NCBI RefSeq assembly: GCF_004010195.1
Contig: NC_057718.1
Coordinates: 51,964,373-52,028,372 of the forward strand
Reading direction: 5' to 3'
Source: Chiloscyllium plagiosum
Lineage: Eukaryota
DNA: 64,000 nt
Below are positions 51,364 through 64,000 of the stretch, in pieces. Below the pieces are notes generated by a model, which did not search any database, had not been told where the DNA came from, and worked only from the letters and a program-made list of their open reading frames with translations. Every line of letters starts with the position of its first letter. Within the stretch, counting starts at the first letter, position 1. The translations under genes and the position numbers were made by a program.

Positions 51364-53629
51364 ATGTTTGAAATAAAGGTCAAAATTCCATTTGTCTTTC
51401 CTGTTACCTGTTGAACCTAGATGTTAGCTGTTAGTAATTTATGTATGAAGACTCCATAACTCCATAATCCAAGGCTTTCTGCAGTCTTTTATCATTTAAA
51501 TAATATGGTAAATAATATTTAGGTCCTCTATTCTTCCTGCCAAAGAGCAAAACTTCATATTTTTTCACATTACATCCGTCTCCCATGTTTTTGCCCAAGC
51601 GCTCCATCTGTCTCCTTCTGCAGACATTTTGTTATCCCAAAACTTGTCTCCCCACTTATTTTGTGCCATCTGTAAATTTGGCTTTAATACATTTACTTTC
51701 TCCATCCAAGTCATTAATATCTATTGCAAATAACATTAGCCATAGCACTGATCTCAGTGAGACTCCAATCATAGACTCATTTGGTCATACAGCACAAACA
51801 ATCACTAGCAGTAGCCATTGTAAAAATACCTCCCTTATCCCAGTTCTGTTTTTTTTACCAGTTAGCCAATCCTCTATCCATGCTATTATGCAACCTCTAA
51901 CATCGTGGGCTTTTATGATATTAAGTAGCCTCATATGTGGCACCTTATCAAATGCCTTTTGAAAAGCTAAATATATTATATATTCAATACTCCTTCTTTA
52001 TCTATCCTGTTTGTTGCATCCTCAAAGGAATCATATATATGTTGTCAGGCATGATTTTCCCTTCATGAAGCCAAGCTGATTCTGCTTGATTACATTATGT
52101 ATTTATATTTCCTATGCTATTACACCTTCACAGTAGAATCTAACATTTTTCACAATAACAGGTGCTAAGCTAACTAGCCTAATGTTATGTTCTTTTTGCC
52201 TCCTTTCCTTTTCAAATAAAGATGTTACACTGGCAGTTTTCCAATTTTCTGGAACTTTTCCATAACCTAAGGATTCTTGGAAGAATACTATTAGTACATC
52301 CACCATCTCTGTAACTACTTCTTATCATATCCACAGGTAAATGCAATCAAGGGAGTAATCAATCTTTACGCCAATTAATTTCCCTAGTATATTTTCTCTA
52401 ACCTTTTCTCCTCCTCCTTTTGCCCCTCGATTGTTTCTATTTGTGAAATGCTAATAGTGTCTTTAATTCCTCTGCCATTTCCTGTTTCCCCATTATTACA
52501 TTCTTAATCTCATTCTCTAAGGGGCATATATTCAGTTAGGCCTCTCGCTTACTTTTACATATGTTCAAAAAAGCTCTTGCTGTTTGTATTGACATTACTT
52601 TTTAGTTTACATCAAAGTTTATCTTCTTCCTCTTTTTTTGCTCTTCTGCTGCTTTTTAAAAGTTTCCCAGTCCTCTGGTTTAGCACTAATTGTTTCACAT
52701 TATATATCTTTACATCTTAGAAGCAAAGCATCTATTCAAGCAAAATCTGAGCACCTTATATTGATGAGGACTCTGATTACATCATCCCACCTTATTAAAG
52801 CATTGTATTTATTGCTAGTGTCATCACCATGTGATAATGCAAAATCAGAGTAAAAAAAAATGCTTCCAAGATGAAAAGGACTAATGTTTCCCACATGTTA
52901 GCCCTTGTAATGTACATCACAGTATCTAAATACCAATGTTTGTTGGCTTATTCCCGATCTAAAAATAGTCAGTATTACCATTCTGACTACTAGCTTGATA
53001 ACTTCACACTTTCCTACATTACATTTCATTTTCTATGTTCTTAGCAAATTCATTAACCTGCCTAGGTTCATTTTCTACCTCTATGTCACCCTTGCAGCTA
53101 ACTTTCCACCTAACTTTGTGTCATTAGCAAACTTTGATGTATTACATTTGATGTAGACTGTAAATAGCTGAATAGCTTTATCCTTGTGACTTTCCATTTG
53201 TTATATCTTGCCAACTCAAAAATTACCTGTTACCAGCAATCCTGAATTAAGGCAGATATATTCTCTCCAATCCCATGAGTTCCAATATTGTAGAACATCA
53301 ATTTTTGCTTTATTACTCAATCATTCATAGGATTATGAGTATGCTAGCTATGTTATCATTTATGTCTAACTCAACTTACCATGGAGAAACTAATGGTTAA
53401 TTGCCTTAAAGATATTTGGTGCAGAGGCATATACTGTGCTAGGGTAAGGAAATCCTGGTTTAATTTAAAACAGCATATCGAATGAAGTGAAATGAATACC
53501 ACTAGTTCAACACTCAAGAAGGATTATAATAATAAGGACTAAGATGCAGAAAGTGAGATCTTAATTTAGTCTTTTTGAGGGAGAGATTTCGTTTTTTTAA
53601 AAAAGTACTTTTTGCTGGTGGTGTAATGG

Positions 53630-54492
53630 ACAGTGACGAAGGTTATCTCTGCGCGCTTTGATCAGATTGGCTGATGAGCTAAGGAGTGGCAGATGGAGTT
53701 TAATCTAAATAAATGCAAGGTGCTACATTTTGATAGGGCAACTCAGGGCAGACTTATATACTTAGTGATAAGGTGGTGGGGAGTGTCACCAAACAAAGAG
53801 GTCTTGGAGTGTAGTTTCATATTTCCTTGAAAGTGGAATTGCAGGTAGACAGGGTCATGAAGAAACATTTTGTATGCTTGTCTTTATTGTTCAGTGCATT
53901 GCAGGAAAGAGTTGGGAGGTCATGTTGCAGCTGTACAGGACATTGGTTAGGCTACTTTTGGAATACTGTGTTCAATCTGGTCTCCCTGCAATAGGATGTT
54001 GTGAAACTTGAAAGGATTCAGAAAAGATTTACAAGAATGTTGCCAGGGTTGGAGGGTTTGAGCCATAGGGGGGTGGGGGGGAGGTGGGAGGGGAGGTGAC
54101 CTTTTAGAGATTTATAAAACCATGAGGGGCATGGATAGGGTGAATTGTCAAGGTATTTCCCCAGGCTAGCAGAGTCCAAAACTAGAGGGCATAGGTTTAA
54201 GGTGAGAGAGGAAAGATTTACAAGGGACTTTAGGGGCAACTTTTTCATGGAGAGTGTCATAGAAATGTACAGCATGGAGCATGGAAGCAGACCCTTGTGG
54301 AATGAGCTGCCAGAGGAAGTGGTGGAGGCTGGTACAATTGCAAAATTTAAAAGACATCTAGTGGGTATATGAATAAGAAGGGTTTAGAGGGATATGGTTC
54401 AAATGCTGGCAAATGGGGCTAGATTAATTTAGGATATCTGGGTGGCACAGACGGACCAAAGGGTCTGTTTCTGTGCTGTACATCTCTGACTG
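53630..54492 (+). mobile_element. CR1 (HER1-like) LINE 3' fragment
   Basis: WQMEFNLNKCKVLHF, LYRTLVRLLLEYCVQ, TRGHRFKV and WNELPEEVV motifs plus tail. Confidence 0.92.
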
Positions 54493-55307
54493 TCTATATT
54501 GATTCATGTGTCATGCAACAGTTTAGACATCAGGTGGACAATTACAATCACGTTGCGCTGCAGTAAACTGCTCAACACTGATTGCATATGATCTGCAATT
54601 TTCACTCTGTCTTGAATGGAAAGTTGCTAAACTTCATTGAATTTGGCAGTACAACAAATTGGGAAAGATGCCACTAGTTCATGGCATGACTTGCTCATCA
54701 CCAAATGTGAAGTACGATCATAACATTTTGACCTTATCTATTCTAAATGGATTTGCATGAAAGGCAAGGTAAGGCAGCCTGTATTGTTTTACTGCTCAGC
54801 ATAAGGTTGTTAATACTTTTCCTGGACACTGCGGAAGTAATGTCTTGAACGGGTATGAAATGTCAACTGTCAGGAAGGAAACTTTAGTCTTTATTCTCCT
54901 ATATATGCAATATTAAATGTCACAATACCAACTGTCTTGCTTATTTCAGGGATTAAAATTACTGGCATCAACCTCAACTATCTAAATCAGATTATTATTA
55001 CTAGAACAGAAAATATATAATTTTGATTGCACAAAGTCAGTTCCTTCAGTGGCAAATCTCATCAGTCATAGACATTTTCTGTCACTTATCTGTAGTGATG
55101 GTAATTTGTCTTCTACACATCACCATAATCAAGTCATTGTACGATTTCAGTTTTCTTGATGAGGCCGCAAACAAAATAAATACAACACAGAAAAGAGAAA
55201 TCACATTGTTTCAACTAAACTATTTTTTAATTAGCAAGACAAAACTCTAGCTGCCCCAGCTGAACAATGTAAGATCAATTCTCCTAAGTCATTTAATCAT
55301 TGAACTA

Positions 55308-55510
55308 CAGGTAGTTCTCTTATAACGCGCGTTTATTAAACACAATTTGTCTGAAATGCGATTTGTGAATTGCCAGCGATGTTTTATAAAGCGACTCTCA
55401 TTCGCTGTTACGTAATTCTCATCCCCGGCATTCGGTGTCGCGGTACACGGATGACTGGACTCCGCATCAGCATCACGTGATCAGTAGGCATGTGCGCTTT
55501 TTCGTGAAGA
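55308..55510 (+). mobile_element. Tigger-like DNA transposon left end
   Basis: TA then CAGGTAGTTCTCTTATAACG resembles the TIR of the 7037-7248 MITE; CpG-rich; no right TIR seen. Confidence 0.5.
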
Positions 55511-56104
55511 GCTTGGTGATAGGTATTATGAAATGTTTGTGTCAGTGAACTTGGAAAATGTCTCTACAGCCTGAGGACAAGAAGCTGAGAGCAGTCTGTT
55601 AATTTAAAAACTTAGAGTCGAGTTAAGAGTGAAATTTCACTGGAATTGACTAACAGTAAAAAAGGGCAGAGTTGAGGAGCAATTTGAAACTTTGTTGTTT
55701 GTATTAAGAGTAATTTTTTTCTCTCTTTGTTTAGAAAATATGATTAGATGTTAAAGAATATCTGCAAACTCATATGAATCTGTTTCAGTGACTAATCGCT
55801 ATGGTAACCAACTGCAAAAAATACCAGTACAGGGTTTTAGACATGGTCAGCCAGCTGCTCAGGGTGGTCAGTCAGGAAACTCTGTACATAGTGGGTGAGG
55901 GAGAGAAAGGCCAGTGGTACACTGTTACCTTTGGTGCATGTGTGGAGATGGCCTGAGGTGGTGAGTAGACTGCGCAGAAGAGATTCATTGTTAGTCAGGG
56001 TAGATGTTCCTGAGGATGAGAGTGAGTGGGGATGATGTTGGAGGAAATGATGGTAACAGTTGCACAGCTCAGAGTGAGTGTGAGGTATCAATGAGAAGAT
56101 GGTG

Positions 56105-56345
56105 GTACTTTCACTGGCAGAGTGGAGAAGGCCATTGATGATCTTCCTACATTCTGTGCATTCCCTCAGATGATTGAGACTGCACTGGTCTGGATGGTAA
56201 CCCTGGTCCAGGTTGGCGTGGTTCCAGTAGAATGGCGTCCTCAGTTGGTCTGGGAGGAAAGGAGATCCTGTCTTTGCATCATCCCATCCCCATCAGCAGC
56301 ATCTCCATGTCTCTGCCCACAAAGAGAGGCAACAATTTTTCATTG
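56105..56345 (-). pseudogene. Fossil PIF/Harbinger Myb/SANT-like exon
   Basis: Minus strand LPLFVGRDMEMLL...TWTRVTIQTSAVSII*GNAQ, frameshift, CRKIINGLLHSA; resembles PRFxxxDLE..WxxVAxxVSAxS..QCRKKxNDL. Confidence 0.6.
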
Positions 56346-56517
56346 TCTGCTGCATCCAGAGCCAATGGCAGGGACCATGCAGGGCAGCTCCAGACTGACA
56401 GCTCTTGCCTCAGTGCACAATATCTTCTTAAAGATGGTACTGCACCACAGATGTTGGTCAATTCTGGGATATCCAGGAACTGTTGAGTTGTTTTGGAAAT
56501 GGCACACGGTATGATTT

Positions 56518-57520
56518 CCTCTGCAACTTGTTCCTCGATTTCCTGACCCACCAACCTCAATCAGTGAAGATAGAAAACAGGACCCCATCTATGACAATCC
56601 TCAACACCAGTGCCTCACAGGGATGCGTACTTAGCCCCATACTGCACTCCCTGTACACTCATGACTGTGTGGCCAAATTTTGTCCAATCTTCATCTACAA
56701 GTTCGCTGATGACACCATTATTGTAACCTGGATTTCAAACAATATCAAGACAGAATACAGATAACAATCTGTCCCTCAACATCAGCAAAACTAAAGAACT
56801 GATCATTGACTTCAAGAAGCAAGGAGGAGGGCAATCCCTTATCTACCTCAGTGGAGCTGAGGTGTAGATGGTCGAGAGTGTCAAGTTCCAAGGAGTGATG
56901 ATCACCAACAATTTGTCCTGGATCACCCATGTTGATGCTACAGTCAAAATGGCACAACAACACCTCTTCCACCTCAGGAGATTAAAAAAAAATTGGCATA
57001 TCCAAAAGGACTCTCACCAATATCTATAGATGCACCATAGAAAGCATTCTATCTGGATGCAACAATGTTTGGGACAGCAACGGCTCCACTCAGAACCGTA
57101 AGAAACTACAGAAAGTTGTGAACACAGCCCAGTCCATCACACATGCCATCATCCCATCCATTGACTCCATGCACACTGCTTGATGCCACAGAAAGGCAGC
57201 CAACATTATTAAGGACCTCTCCTGCGCCAGTTACAATCTCTTCCATAGGCTTATGGCAGGCAGAAGATAGAAAAATTAAACACATGTACCAACAGGTTCA
57301 AGAACATCTTCCCTGCTGTTATTAGACTTCTGACTGGACCCCTTAAACTTCATATCTAATGTTGATCTTGCTTTTGTGCACCTTCTTTGGAGCCATTACT
57401 TTGTATTCTTCGCTCTGTTCTATCACCCTATAATCTTTGTATGTTATGATCTGCCTGTGCTGCAGGCAAAATAAAACTTTCCACTGTACTTTGGTACATG
57501 TGACAATAATAAATCAAATC
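56518..57520 (+). mobile_element. Rex1/Babar-clade LINE, 5' truncated RT to 3' end
   Basis: LCNLFLDFLTHQPQSVKI..SASQGCVLSPILHSLYTHDC..YKFADDT, LSLNISKTKELIIDF and YRCTIESILSGC; tail GTGACAATAATAAATCAAATC. Confidence 0.9.
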
Positions 57521-60500
57521 ACTTTATCTAAAGGGTAAGAATTCATTGGGCTGCCACAGGTGGTGACTTTGTGGGTCTTCGGTTAGCTGTTATACCCTAT
57601 ACTCTATCCTCCAAGATAATGGCAGAGTAGGAGGCCTGAACCGGAGCTCGTCTGCTCTGCCCGTTGCTTTCCTATTTTTCTCTCTTTTCGCTTTATCTTA
57701 CCTTTTTCTTTTCACTGTCTGTCCTTGGGCAACATCTGCAATGTCCAAGGTGAAATCCATCGTGAACTCCCGGCCTCAGCCTGGACTCTGACTCCAGGCA
57801 GATGGATGGCATCAACAGGCCTTTTTAAGTGACCCAATGGGCCAGTTACTTGTGGTAGGTGCCACCAAACATACTCCCTGCATTTTACTCCCACCCAAGT
57901 GAAAGTGCCTTAGAGGCAGCACCATAGCAGGAGAGCTGCAAACCAGCCAGTGGGGGTAAAATCAGGCCCATCTAGTTTTATATCTGCAGCCATTTGAATA
58001 TTTGGATCTTTTAGCTCCCTGATCAGCAATTAAAGTTTCACACTAATTTTCAATTTTGCAATACTTTAATTGTCCCATGTCCCAGCATTAATGTGAACTA
58101 ATTATTTCTCACTGAGGTGATCACCCTCAAATTTGCACAATTTAAAAATGTTGACCTCTGTAAGGCCCAGATAAGCAGTTCAAAACAATTGTTGCAATCA
58201 GGAGGAAAATATGTCAGGTCAACATTATAATTGTAAGGGGAAGTTTCAGGTGCACCTCCATTAACAAAAGCATTCACTGGAAATTCAGGGAGTCCAATTC
58301 AGCCAGAGTATTAGTCTGCACCTGGATTTTAAGTATGTGTTCTTCTTGGTTCAGAAAATGACTTTTAATCAATCTTTAAAAATGTTTTATGGCCAATACT
58401 TTGTCACAGAAAATAGTTTTGCTAATACTAAGTATTCTTATAAAATATATGAAGCTGAGTTTTTTTCCTTTGAGAGTCCTGATCCTACTATCAGTGTTGG
58501 GATACAAAGGCCAATTTTTGAGGAGGTTGAACAAGAGATCTTCCAGCACTAACAAATTACCAGCTTCACCAGCCAAATTCTGATGGAAGTACACGGACCA
58601 GAAACATTCTGCAGAACATTCGGCCTTCTCTGTGATGAGCTTGGAGGTGGGACAGTGTACTTTAATAACATACCTTTATCACGTGTTTTGATACAACACT
58701 ATGACTTTAGAATCAAGAGAGACTGATCAAGGCAAAGCCAAGCATTCTTTTCAGAGTGAGACTTCGAAATAATACTATCTATTATATTTTTATAATACGG
58801 CTACATGTGGTATCAGAGACATACCGAACTCTAATCTCATATCTGGATGAGATAAGGTCTATTGCATCTTCTTTGCCTGTCCATGTGCTACTGTGAGTCT
58901 TCCAATATATGGGGTGTACCAATGCTGCCCATGTGGTGCTATATAGACTCAGTGATGTGCAGCTCTGTGACATCATTGCAAAGTTGCTCCAGGTTCTTGG
59001 AACCCTCACACAACAACTGCCATCTTCTCACTTCCAGCAGAATGAAGTCAGGAGTAGGAAGGCCCATGTTCCCTGCCAGCCAATAATTGAGGCCCTTCAG
59101 TAGCCAATTATTGAGTACTTCAGGGCTTCACCCTGTTGCCGCTGATATTAACCCAGATGCACCTCTTGCCATACAGCTGGTACTGGGGTTAAAACCATGC
59201 GGCCAACTTGTTACCTACTTTGGAGAGGGTGGAGGTCCTCAAGCAAAAGCCCTCTGTGCCCGATTGAGAGGTCTAGCAGCCCGCTGAGTGCTGAGCCTTA
59301 GCCTTTGCATCTCTCTCTCCCTGCAACATGCACTGCATGAAAGCACCAGTATTTATCTGGAGCCTGGATCGCACTGGATTTTGGTGCTAGGTGATAGAGC
59401 TGCCCCGATGGCGTTGTTGAGCTGCCAGCATATGATTGGACAGCAGCTCTTGGTAGAAAGGACCTTCATCCTCGACATCCTGCTTCAAGTGAAAGGCCTA
59501 TTGCTGCCTGTTTAGCTCATTATTTGACAGTCCTTCCTGTAAAGAGGCAACACTGATTTGCTAGTCAGCAAGCACTTTTCCTGATGCCTACAATGTTTTT
59601 CTGTATTTTCAGCTTTTTCAGTTTTTATTCCAGACTTGCACCACCCATGTATTCCGCTTATGTATCAGTAGAAACATTCTAATCTTTGGTGTAATGTATA
59701 AACTTTATTTAATCCTTTGTCACAAATTTGATTAAGAAAACTAGCAATTGACACTTAGTCAGAAACTGAATTCACTCTGACCATAGGGTGAGAGAATTTC
59801 TGAAGTTTGTTTTTGAAGTTTACTTTCAATCAAATAAAATAAAATTACTCACTCTAAAACCAAGTAGTATTTTGCATTGCCTAAAGCAATTAGACAAGAT
59901 GAAAACATAATTTGCCATACATGACCTTTATAACTTTGGTTTGTTTTAAGTTTGGCAAAAAAAGACAAGCTATTGCTTTGTCCAGGGTCTTACTGCGTTC
60001 AAGCAACATTCTCATAACCACAAACACTAGAACATAATCATCAAAGAGACTTAAAATTTGGAGATAGTGAAAACCTTTTACGAACATTACAAATTTCAAT
60101 AAAATGAATTAGCATTGCCTGGAGATTTTTTAATTGTCTGAAATATCTGTTACCTTGTTTGAGACAAATGATTAAAGAAATAAAATAATATTACATGAGG
60201 ATACTATGACATTGATCTTAGCACGGAAATCAGGCTGGAAGTTTCTTGTCCCCAGGAGATGAACAGGGAGGGACTGTGTACCAGGATCAAATAATTTCAC
60301 CCAGGGAGACGGACTGACAAGTTACATATGCAAAGGGAATAATAAAGGTCAGCCTACTTCTGCTGTCAGCATTTTGTTCAGTGTAGTTTTACCTTCCATT
60401 GTGTAAGGAGACCACCAGTTAAATGGAGCTAGGCTGCAGAAGGGAATGGGCAAGTCTTTGCAAGTAAAGTGGGAGTCCTGCCAATGAAAAACAGTCCCTG

Positions 60501-60919
60501 TGCACCTTGTGATTTCCTTGGAGGACCCTTAATCCTATTGCTTTGTTCATACCACTTGGTGCCTTTAAGCTTTACTCTTTTTCCCCATTTATTTCAATAA
60601 TGCCATGTATTCAAGCAAGGGACAAGAAGTTTGCGCCAAAATAATCTTAACCTTTTAAAAAGGCTAGAATAATTTTCATCTGATTTGTTAACGATTTCCT
60701 TTTCATTGGAAGCATAAGATTGGAATGTGTTCCACTGTGTTGGAATTGTTTCTGATTTGTACAAGGCTACATCGAGATTTGTATATCATCCAGCTATGGG
60801 CTGAAAGGCACAAAGGAGCACTCACAGCACACAACTGCAAACTTGATAAATAGGAACTCCAACCAAATTTTATTGAATGTTAATGAGACAATAGTCTCTG
60901 TCATTATTCACCAAATAAC

Positions 60920-61200
60920 AACAGATTGCATTTATGCAGCATCTTTAAAATAGTAACCTATTGAAAAGCTTTCCACCAAAGTGTTATCAAACAAAATTTT
61001 ACATCTAGCCACATAAGGAGATATCAGGGCAGACAACTAATAGCTTAAATCATCTCGCAGAATGGCAAAGAGGCGGAGATGTTTAGAAAGTCAATTTCAG
61101 ATGTACAGTCACAAATTAAAAGGATGGCCAGCAAGAGTAAAATTGGCACTGTGCCAGAGGCTAATATTGTAGGAATACAATTAGGTCAGAACATTAAAAG
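60920..61200 (-). mobile_element. L2 LINE 3' fragment
   Basis: ACAACAGATTGCATTTATGCAGCATCTTTAA...AGCCACATAAGGAGATATCAGGGCAGA. Confidence 0.6.
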
Positions 61201-61455
61201 GTTGGAAGACCTGAGAGCCCTGAAATAAGAATCTGCACACAGATTCAGATGTGGGAAGGTCTTTGTACACCTACGTTGGAAGACAGGGTTCTTCAGGCAG
61301 CAGCATCTGTGGCTGGATGAGCAATTCTCTCAAGGAGACCCTCTCCTCACCCTAAATGTGGCAGGGATATAAAAAAGGCAACAAAAAAAAATTGGTGTTT
61401 CACTTTCTAACTCAGGAAAGAGCAACCTATGAATCCTGTACTCAAGTTCTGGCAT

Positions 61456-61728
61456 GGGCGGCACAGTCGCTCAGTGGTTAGTCAGAGATTCAGGTTCGAT
61501 TCCACCCTCGAGTGACTGTGCAAACTCCACACGTTCTCCCTGTGTCTGCATGGATTTCATCCGAGTGCTCCAGTTTCCTCCCACAGTCCAAAGATGTGCA
61601 AGCCAGGTAGATTAGCCATGGGAATTCTAGGGTGAGAGGGATAGGGTAGGAGTGTGGGTCTGGGTGGACTACGTTTTGAAGGATTGGTATGGACTTGATG
61701 GGCCAAATGGATGCTATGATTCTATGAT
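61456..61728 (+). mobile_element. HE1-type V-SINE with internal deletions
   Basis: GGGCGGCACAGTCGCTCAGTGGTTAG, box B GGTTCGATTCC, V-domain, tail CTATGATTCTATGA. Confidence 0.88.
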
Positions 61729-61904
61729 CCAAAACCTCGTGCGATATCTTGCCCCATGTTTGAATAACTGAGTTGAGAAATAGCCTGTTTAGTCACATGA
61801 AATCTGGAGTACACGTCAACCTCTAATCACTATACAGATATCAACAGCTTTTTATATGTTATAGATACATTTGCTTAGTTGCCTTGATCTCTATCAATTA
61901 AAGA

Positions 61905-62100
61905 AATCTAACATCCAGTGATAATCAGCAGGTCTGCAGCATCTCTGGTGTGCAAAGCCAGAGTTACCACTTTAAAGTTGTGACCAAAAAAAAACACACA
62001 CCTCTCTTCTTTTCTCTCGACACAGGCATCACCTGAAGTTCTAACAGTATTTTCTATTTTTTCTTTACAATTTTCAGCATTTGCAGTATTCTGTTCTTGT
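61905..62100. mobile_element. Degenerate Penelope-like element, family C, inverted arms
   Basis: CAGCAGGTCTGCAGCATCTCTG then inverted arm CACAGGCATC...TTTTCAGCATTTGCAGTATT, as at 27636-27858. Confidence 0.5.
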
Positions 62101-62289
62101 GTTTCAGTGAGAGTAGGGATCAGACCCAAAGTGCTGGGTTTCTTTTTAGGTCAACATCTCTGTTAATGTTATTTTATCGTGACTAGCCGCATTTCAGATT
62201 CTTAAAGTCACAACAAATACAGCATGGATCGAAAATCAGGGATGTTGACCATCTGATCCCTACTCTCACTGAAACACAAGAATAGAATA
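62087..62289. repeat. Long fold-back inverted repeat
   Basis: 62087-62124 and 62252-62289 are complementary at 37/38; 62149-62162 and 62237-62250 at 13/14; inner GTGACT/AGTCAC. Confidence 0.9.
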
Positions 62290-64000
62290 TCTTTATCTGT
62301 TTCATGTCTGTGAGTTTTAGTTGAATTAAAAGAGAGCGGATTTAGTCTCACTGTCAGTTATCAACAGGCTGCAAACATCAAGATGTCTGCACTTTATAAG
62401 GTATGATGTGAATAACAGACTATAATTACAATGTCATATGGAAATAAAGCACACATTATCAAACAGTAGCTCACTAGCATTATGAGTTGTTCTTCAATAT
62501 GTAGTCAAAGTGCCACAAACAAACATTCTTGGAACTCCAGAAGAAAAATACTTTAATGATTATTTTTGGTTAAGTCAAGTTCTACTTCCCTCTTCCTGTA
62601 TGCCTAATTTGAAGGACTGACCACCAGTAACTGAATCTATCATCTAGTGAATAGAAATCTTTATTTATTCATGGTTAATTTTGTTCTTGTAACTACAATA
62701 ATAACTTTTCCAGCATCAACTCCTCAGAGCAACTTATACATCAGCATGGGTCAATAAAGTTTAATTATACACCGGTCTCAATGAGAGGAACTGGCCACCT
62801 CTGCAAAGTTACAGTGAGCATGCCCAAAGGGAGACAAAATGAATCAGAGGTGTAATTCATCTATACCAGTTGATGCCTGCAACTTGGATCAGACTCTTGG
62901 TACTGCAGACTAATACACAAGTATTGATCCATCAGAATATCAGGTCTCAGGCAATAATATTTCAATACTTCTGGATTGTGAAGGAAAATTTAGGCAGATG
63001 ACTGGAAGGGTTTCTGCACATAGAGAAGTACTTGGCAAGATATTTCTCTTGAAAGAGGCAGAGAATAGAGGAAAACTGTGGGGCTTGTAAGGTTCTCTGT
63101 TATTGTTTTGTACTGATGTTTACATCCCTGTCATTAACCCAGCTGAAAAGGCCACCAAGAACCACAGCCTGGCTCTTGCTTGTTATCTGTACATGACAAC
63201 AGTAATGGAGGAAGTAAAGTGTTAGAAAGTTTGTATGCAGACTGGAGCAGCACAGTTTTCATCACAAACTATCCAAGAACGACAAATGATGAAACCAAAA
63301 TAGATACTTGAAAGTACCATTCTTACAACAACATAAAGAGTGGTGAGATGAGTGCTATCTATTTCGCCCTGAGTTGGTTGCAACAATTTTTTTTTTCTTT
63401 ATAGTATGTACTGACACCACATTTCAATGAAAACAAAAACCTGGTTAAAATTACAGAAGAAATTAATAGGTTCATGGACTGAAAGAGGAATTTTATTATT
63501 AAATCTGAGGAGAAACAACAGAATACAATATTATACCAATGTTTGTGTGTGTGGGTCTAATGTTTAAAAGCAGGAAGGTGCACAAAGAAATAAAGGGTAT
63601 CCAGTATCCTCATCCATAACAAAATTGATAGGATCTGAAAATTACTGAGCTGGGACGACTGCTGGCCCATTTGCAAGGGAAGTCAACAGCAAGCTGACAA
63701 ATCAGAAAGAAGCCCACTCCTAGCCATAATGTGTTGGAGGCAAACAGAATTGTCCAATTGAGGGACTTTCACCCCTCACTAGAGAGATGCCACCTTGCGT
63801 GCTGCTGGCCAATCCAATTAGTCAACAGCTGTAGCAGAATATAGTGCCACAAGCTCATTAGTGGACATTGCCGGTACTGCAGGCAGGACTTAAAGAAATT
63901 AGAAATAATCCCGGAATGAACAAACTTCCATCTACTGGGTCATTGAGGGTTTGGAAAGCTCAAGGAGGGAAGCAAAGATGGGGGTTAAGAGAGCAAGTGC

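Larger units (their letters stand above)
49088..52700 (-). mobile_element. Long degenerate CR1 LINE interrupted by two PLE insertions
   Basis: Tail AAGAACATAAGA..GAGCAGGAGTAGGCCATTCAG at 49088; RT remnants at ~51370-52330 (FQKAFDKVPH; VPENWKTASVTSLFEK..RLVSL). Confidence 0.85.

Noticed and set aside
58337..59515. Cluster of overlapping short ORFs
   Set aside because: No consistent frame, splice structure or recognisable protein; probably old repeat-derived sequence
1..64000. CRISPR array, operon or prokaryotic defence system
   Set aside because: No regularly spaced direct repeats or dense long ORFs; the sequence is vertebrate repeat-rich DNA

Overview
Repeat-rich, AT-rich vertebrate genomic DNA with two assembly gaps. 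tRNA-derived V-SINEs of the HE1 type, together with CR1 (HER1-like) LINEs sharing their 3' tail, point to a cartilaginous fish. A carpet or bamboo shark is plausible, but that is inference from repeat style only. I found no host protein-coding gene, structural RNA gene, CRISPR array or prokaryotic feature I can support, so the window looks intergenic or intronic. The recognisable ORFs in the track are transposon remnants and the rest look like chance ORFs. Content: HE1 SINEs, CR1, L2, Rex1/Babar and RTE LINE fragments, fossil PIF/Harbinger transposase and Myb/SANT genes, a Tigger-like MITE, a solo LTR with a 4-bp TSD, and three families of short Penelope-like (PLE) elements. The most notable signal is in the PLE pieces. 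They carry minimal type I hammerhead ribozyme motifs (CUGANGA-A-stem II-GAAA plus a palindromic 2-bp helix III), several have 9-16 bp TSDs, and several have an inverted-arm architecture. A ~200-bp fold-back palindrome lies at 62087-62289. Family names come from recalled consensus motifs, not database searches, and coordinates of degenerate repeats are approximate.
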